From assembly GCA_051294375.1 (NCBI GenBank), contig CM119263.1, forward strand, positions 7,798,635 to 7,862,634: a DNA stretch of 64,000 nt, read 5' to 3'. Made by a program: the position numbers and the translations under genes. Source of the DNA: Paraspadella gotoi (Eukaryota > Animalia > Chaetognatha). The notes under the pieces are model-generated. The model worked only from the letters and a program-made list of their open reading frames with translations. It searched no databases and was not told the DNA's origin. Of the stretch, positions 27,445 to 41,835 are shown one piece after another (the first letter of the stretch is position 1; each line of letters opens with the position of its first letter).

Positions 27445-28358
27445 AATACCAAAAACATGTATTGACAAAAAATAAAAACAGTTCAGTGTATAAAAACTAG
27501 AAAACAGTAGCAAGTAAAAACTAAACTATTAAGAAAATTCACAGAAACATAACAAACACTAACAGACACTAACGTTTAAATGGGACTCATAAATAAAATA
27601 AAATGTTATGAACTATTCAAAAAAACTATCAAATATAACGTTCAAGAACGTTCTAATTTCATATTTTAAAAAACAAAAAACATCAAGTATAAAAGGAAAG
27701 CAACATTATTATTTTTAAATTCAAAGTAAAAACTAATTTATTAATAATTCTAAACCAAAAACAAAAGACACTAACTACCGTTTTAAATGGACTCATAATA
27801 AATAAAACTCAAGAACGTTAAAATTTAAAATTTTATATATATATTTTTTTTATATATATACATTATATTTTTTAGCACGTTTAAAAAACGTTAACGATAA
27901 AAGTGTCTTAGATTTTGAAATGATAAAAATCTTTATTAAAAAAAACAATTAAAAACAAAAAACTTATAATAAAAGGTAAAGAACTAAAACATTAGAAGAA
28001 AAACGTTAAAAGTTAAAACAAACGTTTAAAATGCATTAAAGTGTAGTAATCACAAAAAGTGTAAAAATATATGCCCAAAAATAATTGTATAAGTATAATG
28101 TATAATAAAATAATGTATGAGTATAATTTGGTTAATGTATAAGGGAGAGGGACCTACGGCTGCTAAATAATTAATAATAGAAATAAAAAAACTACCGTCA
28201 CAAATCAACACATATTCAAAGGATGCAAATAACAAAAGGAGAACGCTAATAAACAAAGATGCTAATGAAAACAAAAAGAAACGCTAAACAACAAAATTAA
28301 GACACTAATAAATAAACAAAAACTACTTCACGTATATGCAAGAGCAAGAATAGTTTTA
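27445..28358. mobile_element. ~0.9-kb AT-rich insertion carrying the ~200-bp repeat monomer also seen at 1745-2113; class unknown
   Basis: Absent from the inverted counterpart (35521-35551); contains GCAAGTAAAAACTAAAC and ACACTAACGTTTAAATGG(G)ACTCAT units. Confidence 0.5.
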
Positions 28359-28867
28359 GCTAGTTTTAGTTACAGAGAAATGATGAATTAACCGGTCCAA
28401 AGGCGAGAACTCGAGTCAAAGAATCAGCGATGTTCAAAGTCCGAAGGTTAGAAAGATCCGTGTTTAATCAAATTTCTCTTTCCTTTTCTCGTTCTCCATC
28501 GGTGAAAGAAAAAATTAAGCATTTAAATATCTGGATTGAACCAAGAAGATAAGTTTTCTGAGTGAGACGGGTCATCGAGATTTTTTCCTAAACAACGAAT
28601 CATTTTTCGAAAGAAAATTCTTCATATCAAAGACCATCAATAATCACCATCAAACATCTCTCTCTCTCTTCTCTCTCTCTCTCTCTCTCTTCTTTCCTCT
28701 CTCTCTCTCTCTCTTCTCTCTCTCTTCTCTCTCTCTCTCTCTCTCTTTCTTCTCCTCTCTCTCTCTCTCTCTCTCTTCTCTCTAATCTTCTTTCTTCTCT
28801 CTTCTCTCGTCTTTTCGACGCTCTCTCTTTCCTCCCCTATTTCTCCTTTTCCTCGTCTCTTAATCCA

Positions 28868-29274
28868 AAATGTTGTTCTAATTGCATTTTGTATGTACGA
28901 CAAAATTATTACAGGTTTTGTAAGTATTTACAACAAGATAAGCAAAGATAAACTTATTTGGTAAATATTCGTAGTTGGTATTTTAAAAGTGTAGCTTTTA
29001 ATTTTATTTTTTTTTTGTTTTTAAAAAAAGAAAAAAGATTTGAAAAGAAAAAAATAGTATCAATAATAGAAAAGAAAGTGAGAAAATAGTAGAAAGAGAG
29101 AGAGAGAATGAGAGGACCAGAAAAGAGAGACGAATTCCCCCCACATGCCTAAAAATTTGAAGCCCGGACTTAGCAGTGATGTGTTTTTGCTCGGCTTCGT
29201 GGTTGAGAGGCCGTAACAATCAGGGGGGGGGGGTTGAGGATTTTTTTCGTCGGTGACCGATTCCGCTTTCTTCA

Positions 29275-29327
<53 letters not shown>

Positions 29328-29544
29328 GCCTCGCCTTGGTGGTGGGCAGAACTCTGGGTCATCCACAAAGGAATGCCTCCACCCTTTCGGAAGGTTCTCG
29401 GCTGGCTTCCGCCCTCCCCGCGGACGCCTCCGTTTTTTTTTTCATTGATTCGTCGGCAAAGTCGTCGTCGTTGCGTCGCCGAATCCGCAAAATCCCATTG
29501 CGATTTGGGGACAAGGAGAGAGAGAGAGAGAGGAAGAGGAAGAG

Positions 29545-29577
<33 letters not shown>

Positions 29578-31870
29578 AGAGAGAAAGAGAGAGACAGAGA
29601 GAGAGAGAAGAGAGAGAGAGAGATGAGAAATATGTCGTGCCCTTTTTTTGTTTAGTAATAGATGAGGAGGACGAAAGAGAAGAGAAAAGAGAAGAAGAAT
29701 CGCCCCCACTATTTTTGAAGACGTCGTTAAAGTGAGCGATTATTGTTCCTTAAATTCGATTGTTCACTTTTGAGGACGAGATCGGATTTTTATTCTTTGT
29801 TTCACGGGCGATTTTCTCTGTGACGCCCCCCCGCTGGTCACGCTCCCTGCTGGTGGACTCCGCCGCCTTCGGATCGAAAAAAATTTTGTACTGAAAAGGT
29901 GCTGAGGCTAAAGGTGCCGGAGCCAAACTGCGGGTGCGACAAAAATGCCGACTTTGCCAATCGCGCTAGACTTAAAGATTGGAAAAATGCCTCAAATATA
30001 TGCAAAGTTTTTTTCACTCCAATACTAATAATCCGTAATAAATCTCTTAAGATTTGTTCTCAAGTTGAGAGTCAGGTTTCATGATGAAGCCAACCTCAGT
30101 TACACCTTTGTCTATATATGTAAACTAAAATACTAAAATATTAACAAATTATATGAACAAGAGCCCAATTTTTTTCTTCTCTATTTTGAACTCAATTCTT
30201 GGGCTTTATCAGTGAGCTCAACTCAGTCGCTATTTTTTCTTCCAAGTGTGACAAAGAAATGTCCCCAACTGCCTTATTGTTGCCCCAGCAAAGTTCAAGA
30301 GTAGATCAGAGTTTTAGATTTTTTTTTTCGGATTCTTAAAAACCTCTTCCATTGTTCTTGGCGAAGGAAAAATACCGCAAGTAGGTTAGACTCTTAAGCG
30401 CAATTTATGTCGGTTTTTCAGTCGGCATTATTGTCGGTCTCGAAGTCGATCTCAACGTCGGCTCCGATTTTCACGTCGGTCAAATCATTTTTTTATCTCT
30501 GAATATATTTTTCACCCCCTAATTTTAGTATAAAATGGATCGTTTTAATCTTTTCTCCCTTTTCGCGCCGATTAATTAGCGAAGCCGAAGGGACCGAAAT
30601 TAAACCCTCAGTACCGCGCCGTCGCGACGCATGACCGTTCACTTAAACGAGCTTTCCGCGTGAATATTTTTTTCTTCGCAAGACGCTCGCAACCGAAGGA
30701 GCGATTCCTAGAACCCCCACCCCCCCACTTCAGAAACTTCCCTCCGCCCCCGATCCCCCCACCCCCCTGCCTCTCCTCCCTCTGACGGCAACGGAATGCG
30801 GTGGCATCGTCGACCGGAATGATGGATCGCCGTCTTTATACGTCACAACTCAATGCTTCCATTCAGAAGGTCGGGAGTTCGTCTCTCGGACTCGAACTCG
30901 CAAACTCTGATTCGATTCGTGCAAATTTGTTTTTTTTCCCCCCGAAATTCGCGATTTTCTTTTCTCATTTCTGGTCGCGGTTTTGTGGTAGGGTTTTTAA
31001 CGGTCATGGGTACCGTGAGTTATAAACTTAGTATTAATATTTTTTTATTAATTAGGTTCATTATCTTAACTACCAAGACTATTTTTAATAAAATTTTTAA
31101 AAAACACTGTCTGATCTTTTATTCAAATAATATATATTATCATTAATAACGTTTAGTTATTATATTTTATATTTTATATTCAACAGGACGGGCGAGATCG
31201 TTCCCGACGACGTAACTCGGGCGAAATTCGGGGACAGAAGCGCACAAGGCAGTTTTTTTGCCTTATTTCCATGTGAATAGCGTAACATAGACCTTAATGG
31301 CCACCAGCGGCTTTGGTATGCAGATTCTAAACAATTCCGCTTCCCCGTTCTCAGAGAGACACCCGATTTTTACGTAGATATCGAGCTTTGAAAAAAAATT
31401 TTTGCCCTTCATCAAGTCGAGCGACAGAAATTCCGTTGCAGAAGGAAGCAAAATCCTTTATTTTCTTTCTTTTTTCTTTTTTCTTTTTTTCTTGTGTAGG
31501 AGGTGCAGCTCTGAATTACGCGCGAAAAATTTCGTGCGATTGGCATCCGTGTGATTTCTGAATGATTTGATTAGAAAATAAACAGGTTTCGAAATTTTTT
31601 TTTTCAATCTTAGTCACGAACCGCGATATTGTAAACTAGTTTGATTGAATGACGAATATAAATTACTAATGAACCCTTATCTTCTTCCTCGTCGTTCGTC
31701 AGTCCATAAATCTCGGAAACCATGGAGATCAATTGCCAGTGCAATAAAGAAATGATTTGCGGGGTTTTTTTTTTTTTTACGGTAGAGGAGGAAAGGATGC
31801 CCATAATCACTATCCCATTTAACCGGTAACATTCGAAAAAAAAAAGCAAACAAAAAAAAAACAACATAAA
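28868..31870 (+). repeat. Direct copy of ~22630-25626 (~3 kb)
   Basis: Collinear throughout (GGGCAGAACTCTGGGTCATC, GGTAGGTTTTAACGGTCATGGG, CCATGGAGATCAATTGCCAGTGC). Confidence 0.95.
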
Positions 31871-32583
31871 AAACGATTGAAACAGATTTATTCTGCCAGT
31901 CGTTGAAGAAGTAATCGGATTACGCTCAAATTGCGCGCCTACTGCGTGACGTGGTTGCGACACGGTCAGTCGGTCACCTCGAACTCAATAATCCCGCGGA
32001 ATTTCTTCTTTTTCTTTTTCGAAATTCGAGACGTTGGGTCGCGAATATAACTGAGATGGAACCGAATGGAAAATGTACGTATGAAAAGATTCCAGATGAA
32101 ACCGAGAGAAAAAGAAAATAATCTCGAGGCGAAGAAAAGAGAATTAAAGAGACTGTTATGAGATTTAATGACGCTAATGAATATTGTAGATGAGACAATA
32201 AGGAAAAAAGCTATAAGATGGAATCGTGAGAAAGAAAAAACGAACTTAATACCAAAAAGTTTAAACTAAAAACACGAGACACGAAATAAGATGCTAGAAA
32301 GCTCACTCGACTGAACTGGACACTGAACAGTGAACACCCGGTTTTATTTTTATTTCACGTCAGTAATTTAAGCATTTGCGAATAGCAAATAGTTAATTTG
32401 AAAAAAGTATTACTAACGAGACATAACTATGCCGCACCCTGCTCCATTCTGCAGTCTGTCATCTCCAGTTGAATACCTCGCCCTTCTTCTATTCGAACGT
32501 TCCCCCTCCCGCCCCCCAAGAGATGGAAGAGATAAAACGATTTTCGATCCGTTTTTTCTCCGATTTTTCTGGAATCAAAATCA

Positions 32584-32586
<3 letters not shown>

Positions 32587-32666
<80 letters not shown>
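32587..32666 (+). repeat. (GA)n microsatellite, representative of dozens of GA/CT tracts in the window
   Basis: Direct reading; these tracts generate the poly-SL/ER ORFs in the track. Confidence 0.98.
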
Positions 32667-32674
<8 letters not shown>

Positions 32675-32784
32675 GGATGAGAGATAATGTCTCTGGGTCA
32701 GAATCAAGTGTCGAGACGTTTCGTCTTCCATCTCGCATCTGTCGTCGCCGCCAATGACGTCGTCGACGTCGTCGCCGCCAATGA

Positions 32785-32815
<31 letters not shown>

Positions 32816-33018
32816 TCCGTCTCCTTCGAAGGCAAACGAAAGTATTAGACCCCCTATCGCAAGACCTGGACTAACAGCCATACCAAGGAGCGGTCCGAGA
32901 GACAGAGAGAAGTCTGCGTGGAGGCCTGGACCGGGTCTTCCAGTGGCCGGCCGCTAGGGATAGACCTTAAACAAAGGTGGATTTCTTATCCCTCGCATCT
33001 TGTCAACGTCTTTTTTCG

Positions 33019-33069
<51 letters not shown>

Positions 33070-33564
33070 TCACTCTCTCTTTTCTGGGGACACTCTGTTA
33101 TCTCCCTAAATTGGTATAAATCCCGTATCGTATTTGGGTTAAAGATTCATTAACTTAAGATTATTTCTTTTAAATTGTGGTTAAGAAGATTCACAACAGC
33201 CTTTTTTAAGAAGAGTTTTCCCCCTTAAATACCTTATCTTAAACCCATTTCTATTGTTGCTGAAAGTTCCACATGGCTGAGGAATTATTGAACCAAGACC
33301 TCTAATATCGCACTTTTTTTTGTCATGCGGCCCAAACTGTGGTAAAAATAGTAATTTTTTACAATGACCAATTTTCAGAACAACATTTAAATCCAGGTTA
33401 AGGTTTGGAGACATATTGTTTTCTTTGCTTTACTCAGAAATGGCCATTTATAAACATAAGTCACAAATCTTATGATAATCATTTCGTAACGAAACCAAAA
33501 AGACCAGCTTCTTCCCAAAACTGACCACAAATTCAACTGGTCTACTGCCATTCGTCGAAAACGT

Positions 33565-33612
33565 CATCGTCGTCGTCGTCGTCGTCGTCTTCGTCGTCGT
33601 AGTCGTCGTCGT
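33565..33612 (+). repeat. (GTC)n trinucleotide microsatellite (also 4846-4874, 7403-7427 as GAC)
   Basis: Direct reading. Confidence 0.9.
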
Positions 33613-34598
33613 AAATTCTAACCAAAATGCCGATGGCTTTAAACCCTAATCCGATTCATAAAGAGCAAAAAAAAAATATGAATGAGATATTAAACACTTT
33701 TACAGTTTATTTTGAATTCAGCGAGATTTAGTTAAGTTTTTGTCCTTATAAATGAAACTTTCAGGCTGCAGCTGACTGTTGAGGATTGTGCAATATGATT
33801 TTAATCTTTTTATTTTAAGCTAGCAATCACCTCGTGATATTTTTAAATAAGAAGTATAAAAATANNNNNNNNNNGCTCGCTTCATTTCCGTTTCTCCCAT
33901 TCAATTGGAGAACAGTTAATGACACGCCCCCCTTTCTCAGGAAGCCGATCACCTTTTTCTCGATGGTGTTGAGGCCAAGAAACCAAACCTTTCCCCTGAC
34001 CTTTTCGATCAGCCCACGATCGATGTAAGGAGGAAAAAAGTTTTTCCGGGAGAAATTTGGTGAGAAATTCGTGAAAAGGAGAGATTGAGAGGCAAAGGGA
34101 AAAGGATAGAGTAAAAACGTTAAGGAAAAGCTCAAAAAGAAGGGAGCGAGCCTTGGCCTGGCTACAGGATGTGAGGGGGGCTGGAGATTCGTGGGCTGGG
34201 AATTTTAAGGACGATCGGGAAAACGGTCAGGGCGAGTGTGAAGAAACCCCCGATCGGATCGAAAGTCAATGGGGAGGGGTTGATGGAAAATTGGGGGAGG
34301 GAGGGGGCGAAGGGAAAGATCGAGTAAAGCTTAGAAATACATCTGGAAGGGGGGGACAACGTTGAAACGAACGAAGGGGGGAAAGAGATGGAGTTTGGGG
34401 TCGGGGATCAGAAAAATCGGGGATTTAGAAGATTTTAGAAAAGAGAGAGAGGTGGGGTTGGGGAAAAGATGGGGCTAAGAGATGGGGTCAGAGATGGGGG
34501 TTAAGGGGAAGGTGGTAGATTGAAGTGGAATTGAGGCAGAGGATAAAGAGCTCGAACTAGTTAAATGAGGCTCGTGGTTCTTGATAACGAATCCAAAA

Positions 34599-34645
<47 letters not shown>

Positions 34646-34726
34646 TCTCTCTATTGCCATGGTACTAGGATGTTCGCATATTTGCGGTTCATTAAAAACT
34701 CCACGCGCGAATACGCGAGACTCTCT

Positions 34727-34772
<46 letters not shown>

Positions 34773-35234
34773 CTCTCTCTCTCTCTCTGGCCATAAATAT
34801 AACACGGTCTCCAGCGCCTCCCCCCGTCAATCTGGTTGCGAACCCCGCGCTCGATCTCCGAATCGATCTGGCCGTGAGCGAGAAGGGGATCGAATCGAAA
34901 GGGGCGATCGACGAGGCCTCGANNNNNNNNNNNNNNNNNNNNNNNNNNNNNNNNNNNNNNNNNNNNNNNNNNNNNNNNNNNNNNNNNNNNNNNNNNNNNN
35001 NNNNNNNNNNNNNNNNNNNNNNNNNNNNNNNNNNNNNNNNNNNNNNNNNNNNNNNNNNNNNNNNNNNNNNNNNNNNNNNNNNNNNNNNNNNNNNNNNNNN
35101 NNNNNNNNNNNNNNNNNNNNNNNNNNNNNNNNNNNNNNNNNNNNNNNNNNNNNNNNNNNNNNNNNNNNNNNNNNNNNNNNNNNNNNNNNNNNNNNNNNNN
35201 NNNNNNNNNNNNNNNNNNNNNNNNGAGAGAGAGA

Positions 35235-35901
35235 GAGATGTTGATGGTGATTATGATGTCTTTGATAATGAAGATTTTCTTTCGAAAATGATTCGTGTTT
35301 AGGAAAAATCTCGATGACCCGTCTCACTCAGAAAACTTTATCTTTTGGTACAATCCAGATATTTAAATGCTTAATTTTTTCTTTCACCGAGGGAGAACGA
35401 GAAAAAGGAAAGAGAAATTTGATTAAACAACGGATCTTTCTAACCTTCGACTTTGAACATCGCTGATTCTTTTGACACGAGTTCTCGCCTTTGGACCGGT
35501 AATTCATCATTTCTCTGTAACTAAAACTAGCAATTTAAAAAAATAGTTAGCTAAAGTTTATTGAACACTATGAACGTGGGGTGTCAATCAAAGATTTAGT
35601 AACTATAGTTCTATACTTCAAATTCCTTACGAAATTTTCTATTGTATAATGCCTACATTTCCTAGATATATAATGATTTTAAACGAAATAGTATATTGCT
35701 TCAAGTGGACCTAATTTATCAGTCCATATGTCGGCAAATCCGAATTCACTTTCCGTCTCTTCAACTTTTCAAATCCTTCCGAGTCTCGTTGAAACTTGAG
35801 TTTTCTTTCATGTCCGTCTAGAGCTGTCGTCGTCATCATCGTCGTCGTGGTCGTCATCACCTTCGATTTCGTCACAACAAAAAAATAAAGAAAAAAGTAA
35901 A

Positions 35902-35961
<60 letters not shown>

Positions 35962-36152
35962 TTTTTCCCCTTTGAGCCAACGCTCTCGATTTTTCCTCGG
36001 CTTCAGACTTCAGCGTCTCGATTCTCTTTTCACTCATTTTCCTTCTTTTCAATCTTTTCACTCTTTTTCTCTCCTTTTTTTTGTCTTTCTCCTTTTTTTT
36101 TTCCGGCCACGCGCCACATTTCTGTACTCTTTCACTTTTAATCTCGGCATTT
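35235..36152 (-). repeat. Inverted copy of 26769-27407 + 28359-28660 (lacking the insertion at 27445-28358)
   Basis: Reverse-complement match, e.g. ATGTGGCGCGTGGCCGGAA (26802) vs TTCCGGCCACGCGCCACAT (36101). Confidence 0.92.
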
Positions 36153-37230
36153 TCTTTCCTCTGGCACCATCAAAAGTTTGGCACGTTCTACGTCCCGGCT
36201 TCTGTTCTTTGTTCCGCTTTCAATTGTTTACGAGGAGAGAAAGAACTTTTTTTTTTTCAGTCAGCTATAATTTACTGCTTTCAAGGAAACGAGGTCTATC
36301 CGCTTTTTTTTACTTTTTAACATAACTCTTTCTTCGTTATACGAAACAACATAATTGGAAAAAGTCTGCCGGCTTCATCACCGACTTCGAGATATCAGTT
36401 GTAATCATCGTCAGTATTAAACTTAAAACATACACATTATACAATATACGTAAACATTGAGCATCAATAACAAAATTCAATTACAAAACTCGGAACTATG
36501 GGCATCTGGAACCCCTTTCAGTAAAAAAAAAATTCAACAGAGGGAAAAAAAAACTCCATTGGAAAACTGAGTACTGAAATGAATTAAATGGGTCAAAGTT
36601 TTTCCCCTTTTCTGCGTCCCATTGGCGCTAGTCTCAATAGACTATTGATTAGTAAAAGAAAAGTCCTTGCTAGGTTAGTCTACCTTCTTCTTTTCCGCCA
36701 GTTCGTTCAAAAGAAATTTTTTCATAGTTTTTTCCCGTTTTTCTTTCATTTCATTTGATTTGTTTTCAATAGAAAGCGAAAACAAAATATAAAAAAGACT
36801 GGTCTTTCAGGGTTTTTTTCCGATTAATATCGCGGACCAATTAGTTAGCAGCCTTTTAACAATAAAATTCTGAATATTTCAGCGATTTTTAAACCTTTTG
36901 TACGTCAGTACCGATTTTTTAAAAAAATATAGTCTCAGTTGATCATCGCCGTTATCGCCGTTAAATGCCACCACGAGGACTTGAAAAACAAGTTGTAAAA
37001 CAATACAATATCTTATACAATATGTTGAATGTAACTTTGGCTCCGAGCCACGAGCCGGGACAAAAGACTGTGAAGGTATTTATCCAAATTTGGGGCGGCA
37101 AACCCTACATTTTCAAGGCTTCTTCCCGGAGCGCTTGGTACGCAGCTGCCGGCGAGGTTAATGCATCAACTTAATAACAGTCCCTTTCAAAGCTTGTTTT
37201 CAAAAACGCCAGGTATAAAAAATGCAAACA

Positions 37231-37281
<51 letters not shown>

Positions 37282-38032
37282 TTACAACTGAACTTTCTAC
37301 CCTCGTCCTTCAGGAGACTCTATTCCCGATCCTGGCGCCGTCAGTGTCGCCCTCCGCATCCTTTCCCAGTACGAACGCAATTTGGCGTGAGCGTGACTTC
37401 CCTTCGCTCCCCCTTACCCTCTACGATCTCTCTCTCTCTCACTCAACCTCATTTGGCATGTTTGGTCGACGTTCTGTTCACGATCGGTCAGCGTTGGCTC
37501 ACCGTCTACGTGTTCTGATTTGTAACCGGAAGTACCGATAGTTAGTGCTGGATAGTAATAAGGTTTAGTAAATTTTAGTATATTTAAGACTGCAATACTG
37601 CGTGACTTTATTTACCTTTCGTCCAATTTTATTGTTTGAATATATAGACATATTTTAAAATCAAATCGGGGTAAAAAACTTTTAATATGACAACTGAGCT
37701 TTGTCGCGTACGAGAGTCTTTAGGATGAGTCGACGTCAACTCTAATCTTAATCTCGCCACGACTAGAACTGACCGAAAGTGAAGGTTAGCCAACGTGACA
37801 TGTGACCGTTACGGTGAAGAACCTCGCTAGTCAATAGGGATGAAGACATGGTGCTCGAATCAGCATGTAGCAGAACGGAGCGGGGGCGAGGGAGGTCGCT
37901 TCTGACTCGGGTTTGCTCATCGTACGCGATCGGGGCGCTCCTCGATCCCTCGATCGATCGATCTTCCCGTGCAGCCACTTTCCGGAGCGTGACTCAATTT
38001 GCATATACAGTATCGGATCTCTATCTCTCTCT

Positions 38033-38108
<76 letters not shown>

Positions 38109-41039
38109 ATAATTAAAGTCTTTGAAACATTCACGTACTTTTACGACGCGGAGGAACAATATTCCTGCCTATAAAACCTACATCCGGTAAACAGAACCAG
38201 TACGCGCGGTTTATATAGAAATGGTTTGGTCGAAACAAAAAACAAAACAAAACCAAAAACGGAGGAAGAAGGATTCAATATTTCTTTCACTCTTTTGGAC
38301 TAATGGATCATTGGTTCGTTAAGGAGCAAATTACCTGCAACAACAAAGAAAGGAAGAGCAGAAGAAGAAAAAAGAAAGGAAAGAAACGTTTTTGCGGGCA
38401 TTTCCGCTCCGGCGGCGATGCCCAAAAATGGAAGATCACATTCTTTTCGAAGGATTTGAGGTTTTCAGAGAGGCTTGGAAATCGGCAAAAGAAAATAAAA
38501 GGCCGAAATGCCAAATACTAATGGAACTGAGGCGCTGGTGAAGGTTCAGCGGATGCATGGGCACGAGCATTTACGCGAGGGGCTCCCTTGTAATAAGGAC
38601 GAGAGCATTTTTGTCCGCGTTGGTGTGAGAGCGCGCAAAGAACAATCTTTATATAAAAGGCGGAAGGTGCCGTGGACGCGGATATGAGGACTTGATCAGA
38701 GGACTGGAACTCGAGAGAGACAGAAGACAGGTGAGATACGTCTTTGGTATCACATGTATCGATAACAATGATATAGTGGACATGTAATTCATCACGGCTA
38801 TCACCGTGTTAGAACGGCAGATCACATTTAAAAATGTCTCGTGAAAAGCAACAACAAGTATATGACGTAAATTGTAGTTTGTTCAATCAGAAAAGCTCAA
38901 GAGTTATTTTGCACATATGTTAGTAACTTCTAGCCAGATACAATAACTTCAAATCGTCCTAATAATGTGGCAACTCGCAAAAACTTTTTGCTGGATATAT
39001 TTCTATTGAATCCTAGAAAACGAGGAGTCCGTCAAACGTATTGGAAGGATCCCTGTGAGCATATTAAATCTCTCGGTTCATTTACCTCTCTTGTATTCTC
39101 TGAAAAGTTCGCATGATCGTACGATTCGTCTGAATGATATCGCGCTGTTGCTTCGCCCATTCGCAACAGCTTCCGTGGGTTTTATCCCTCTTTCATCTCT
39201 CGTCTCTTTTCATGTGCTTTCTTCACATCATCGGTCGTATTAGTCTATCTCAGCTGAAGTCAAACATTACGGCCAGGTAAACATTCGTCCTATATATTCC
39301 GTTCTGAACCCTACAAGAATCATCAACAACAAGGATGTACCCTCGCTCGTCCTTTTCTTTTTTGACGTCATTTACGCATCGTCTCATACACCTCATAGTC
39401 AGTGTCAACAATTTGGTAGGTTCATTTAATATTATTTTTGATACGATTACACTGACCGGTGAAACTGCAATGTGTATGGGATCGTCACGGGTGTTGATCT
39501 GTTATTTGCAAAGACTACGGAGATAAAAACATTTTAACTTGGTAACCTGAACGTTTAAAGCCTATCTCATTATTATTGTCCATCCTTTTACTCCTCTCTC
39601 TCCTGCTTCTCCTGTCTTCTTTCTCTCTCTTCTCTCTCCCTCAGTTCTGCATCTCTAACATCTGTCTCTACGTACTCTACGCCACCCCCGTCCACAGAAT
39701 CCAGGACCAAGGTGTTCCGCTTAGCGATAAAACTCAGAACGATTTGGGAATCTATTCCTACTATCCATGCGCTGTAGTTGTTGCGTGACAATCACGGCAG
39801 TGAAAAATGGAATGGGGATCATGGACGGTAGATCTGTTGCAAGAGTGACGAGAAAAACGAAACTTGGAAGACGCTGAACTTAAAGCTATCTCATTTATTT
39901 TAGATGTCCTCCTCCTTTCTCTCCTCTCCGTCTTCTCTCTCGCTAGCTCTGCGTACTCTCTCCCTTCAACCCCCCTCGCGCCCGAGCTAGAGCCAGACAG
40001 AGTCGTGCGATTAAATCGAACAAGATAAGGATTGGAGACATGTCTGCTTAAGTTCATAATTAAGCTCAAGAGCAGAAAACTTTTCTCCGCCCGGTCTCAC
40101 GCTGATCATCTCTCAAAAAAAGTTGCCAACGGAAAACCACGAAATGATTTTTATAAGGACATTGGAAACAACTGTTATAAGTCCGAGAATCATTGCTTTG
40201 ATAAAAAAAAAGAGGTCTACGAAACAGCGACTAAAACTCGATTTACGAAGCCAACCCCTATATAAAATAGTTGATACTGGGTACTTCGGATATTCAGATA
40301 CGGCTGATGATGCTTTTTGACCCAGATAGGATCTGAGATTTCTAACTTTCTCTCCGTCGGGGAAATCGACATCGACTCTATTTATTCCCTGAAAATCCTT
40401 CTCATCGCTCCCTATAATCGATATATATGATATGGTTGAAAGAGGCGAGGCGAGCGACTGATTAGGGTTAAGGCAGCTGGCAAGAACTCAGATTGCAACA
40501 GCGGGCAGCCAGCGCCCAAAGATGTCGAAAAAAGTACGAGCTTGTTTGTGTTTCGTCTTTTGTTGTGCGGCGACGCAAGCCTCGGGAAATCCTCCTCCTT
40601 GTGGGAGATTTGCAAGGACGGATCGGACTTCAACCCACCATCACCTGGCAACTATAGGTGCAGTATCTTTCCCACTTCTGATTCACTTTTCACTTCACTA
40701 AGAGTCCTAAATGGATTGACGTAAAGATCCACCATCCGTTCTCAGCGGCCATGTTGGTGCGCTCGGGAGCAATTTATTCGGCTCCCAACCCAAAGGTCCT
40801 GCGCCTTTGTGTTTCTTGCCCCCTCTTGGTGGTACAGCCTAAGTTAAAATGGACGAGGCGCTTAACCCGCCTGTACACGGTGTTACAGTCTTGATCGCAA
40901 ACTCAGGACTGCTTATATGAACCGTTCTGTCACTAACGGCATATGTATAATGACTGGTCTCTCGCTGATAGCACACTCCCCGGAACCCATAAAATAGAGC
41001 TAGAACGCCTTNNNNNNNNNNNNNNNNNNNNNNNNNTCT

Positions 41040-41747
41040 GAATTCTCGATCCTGGCGCCGCAGTTCGCCCTCCGCATCCTTTCCCAGACGAACGCAATTT
41101 GGCGTGAGCGTGACTTACCCTTCGCTCCCCCTTACCCTCTACGATCTCTCTCTCTCTCACTCAACCTCATTTGCATGTTTGGTCACGTTCTGTCACGATC
41201 GGTCACGTTGGCTCACGCGTCTCACGTGTCTGATTTGTAACGGAATACCGATAGTTAGGGCTGATAGTAAATAAGGTTTAGTAAATTTTAATATATTTAA
41301 GACAATACATGCGTGACTTTATTTACCTTTCGTCCAATTTTATTGTTTGAATATATAGACATATTTTAAAATCAAATCGGGGTAGAAAAACTTTTAATTG
41401 ACAACTTGAGCTTTGTCGGTACGAGAGTCTTTACGCGAATCGACGTCAACTCTAATCTTATCTCAGCCACGACTAGAACTGACCGGAAAAGTGAGTTAGC
41501 CAACGTGACATGTGACCGTTACGGTGACGAACCTCGCTAGTCAATAGGGATGAAGACATGGTGCTCGAATCAGCATGTAGCAGAACGGAGCGGGGGGCGA
41601 GGAGGGTCGCTCTGACTCGGGTTTGCATCATCGTACGCGATCGGGGCCTCACTCGATCCCTCGATCGATCGATCTTCCCGCTGCAGCCACTTCCGGAGCG
41701 TTGACTCAATTTGCATATACAGTATCGGTATCTCTATTCCCTTCTCT

Positions 41748-41835
<88 letters not shown>

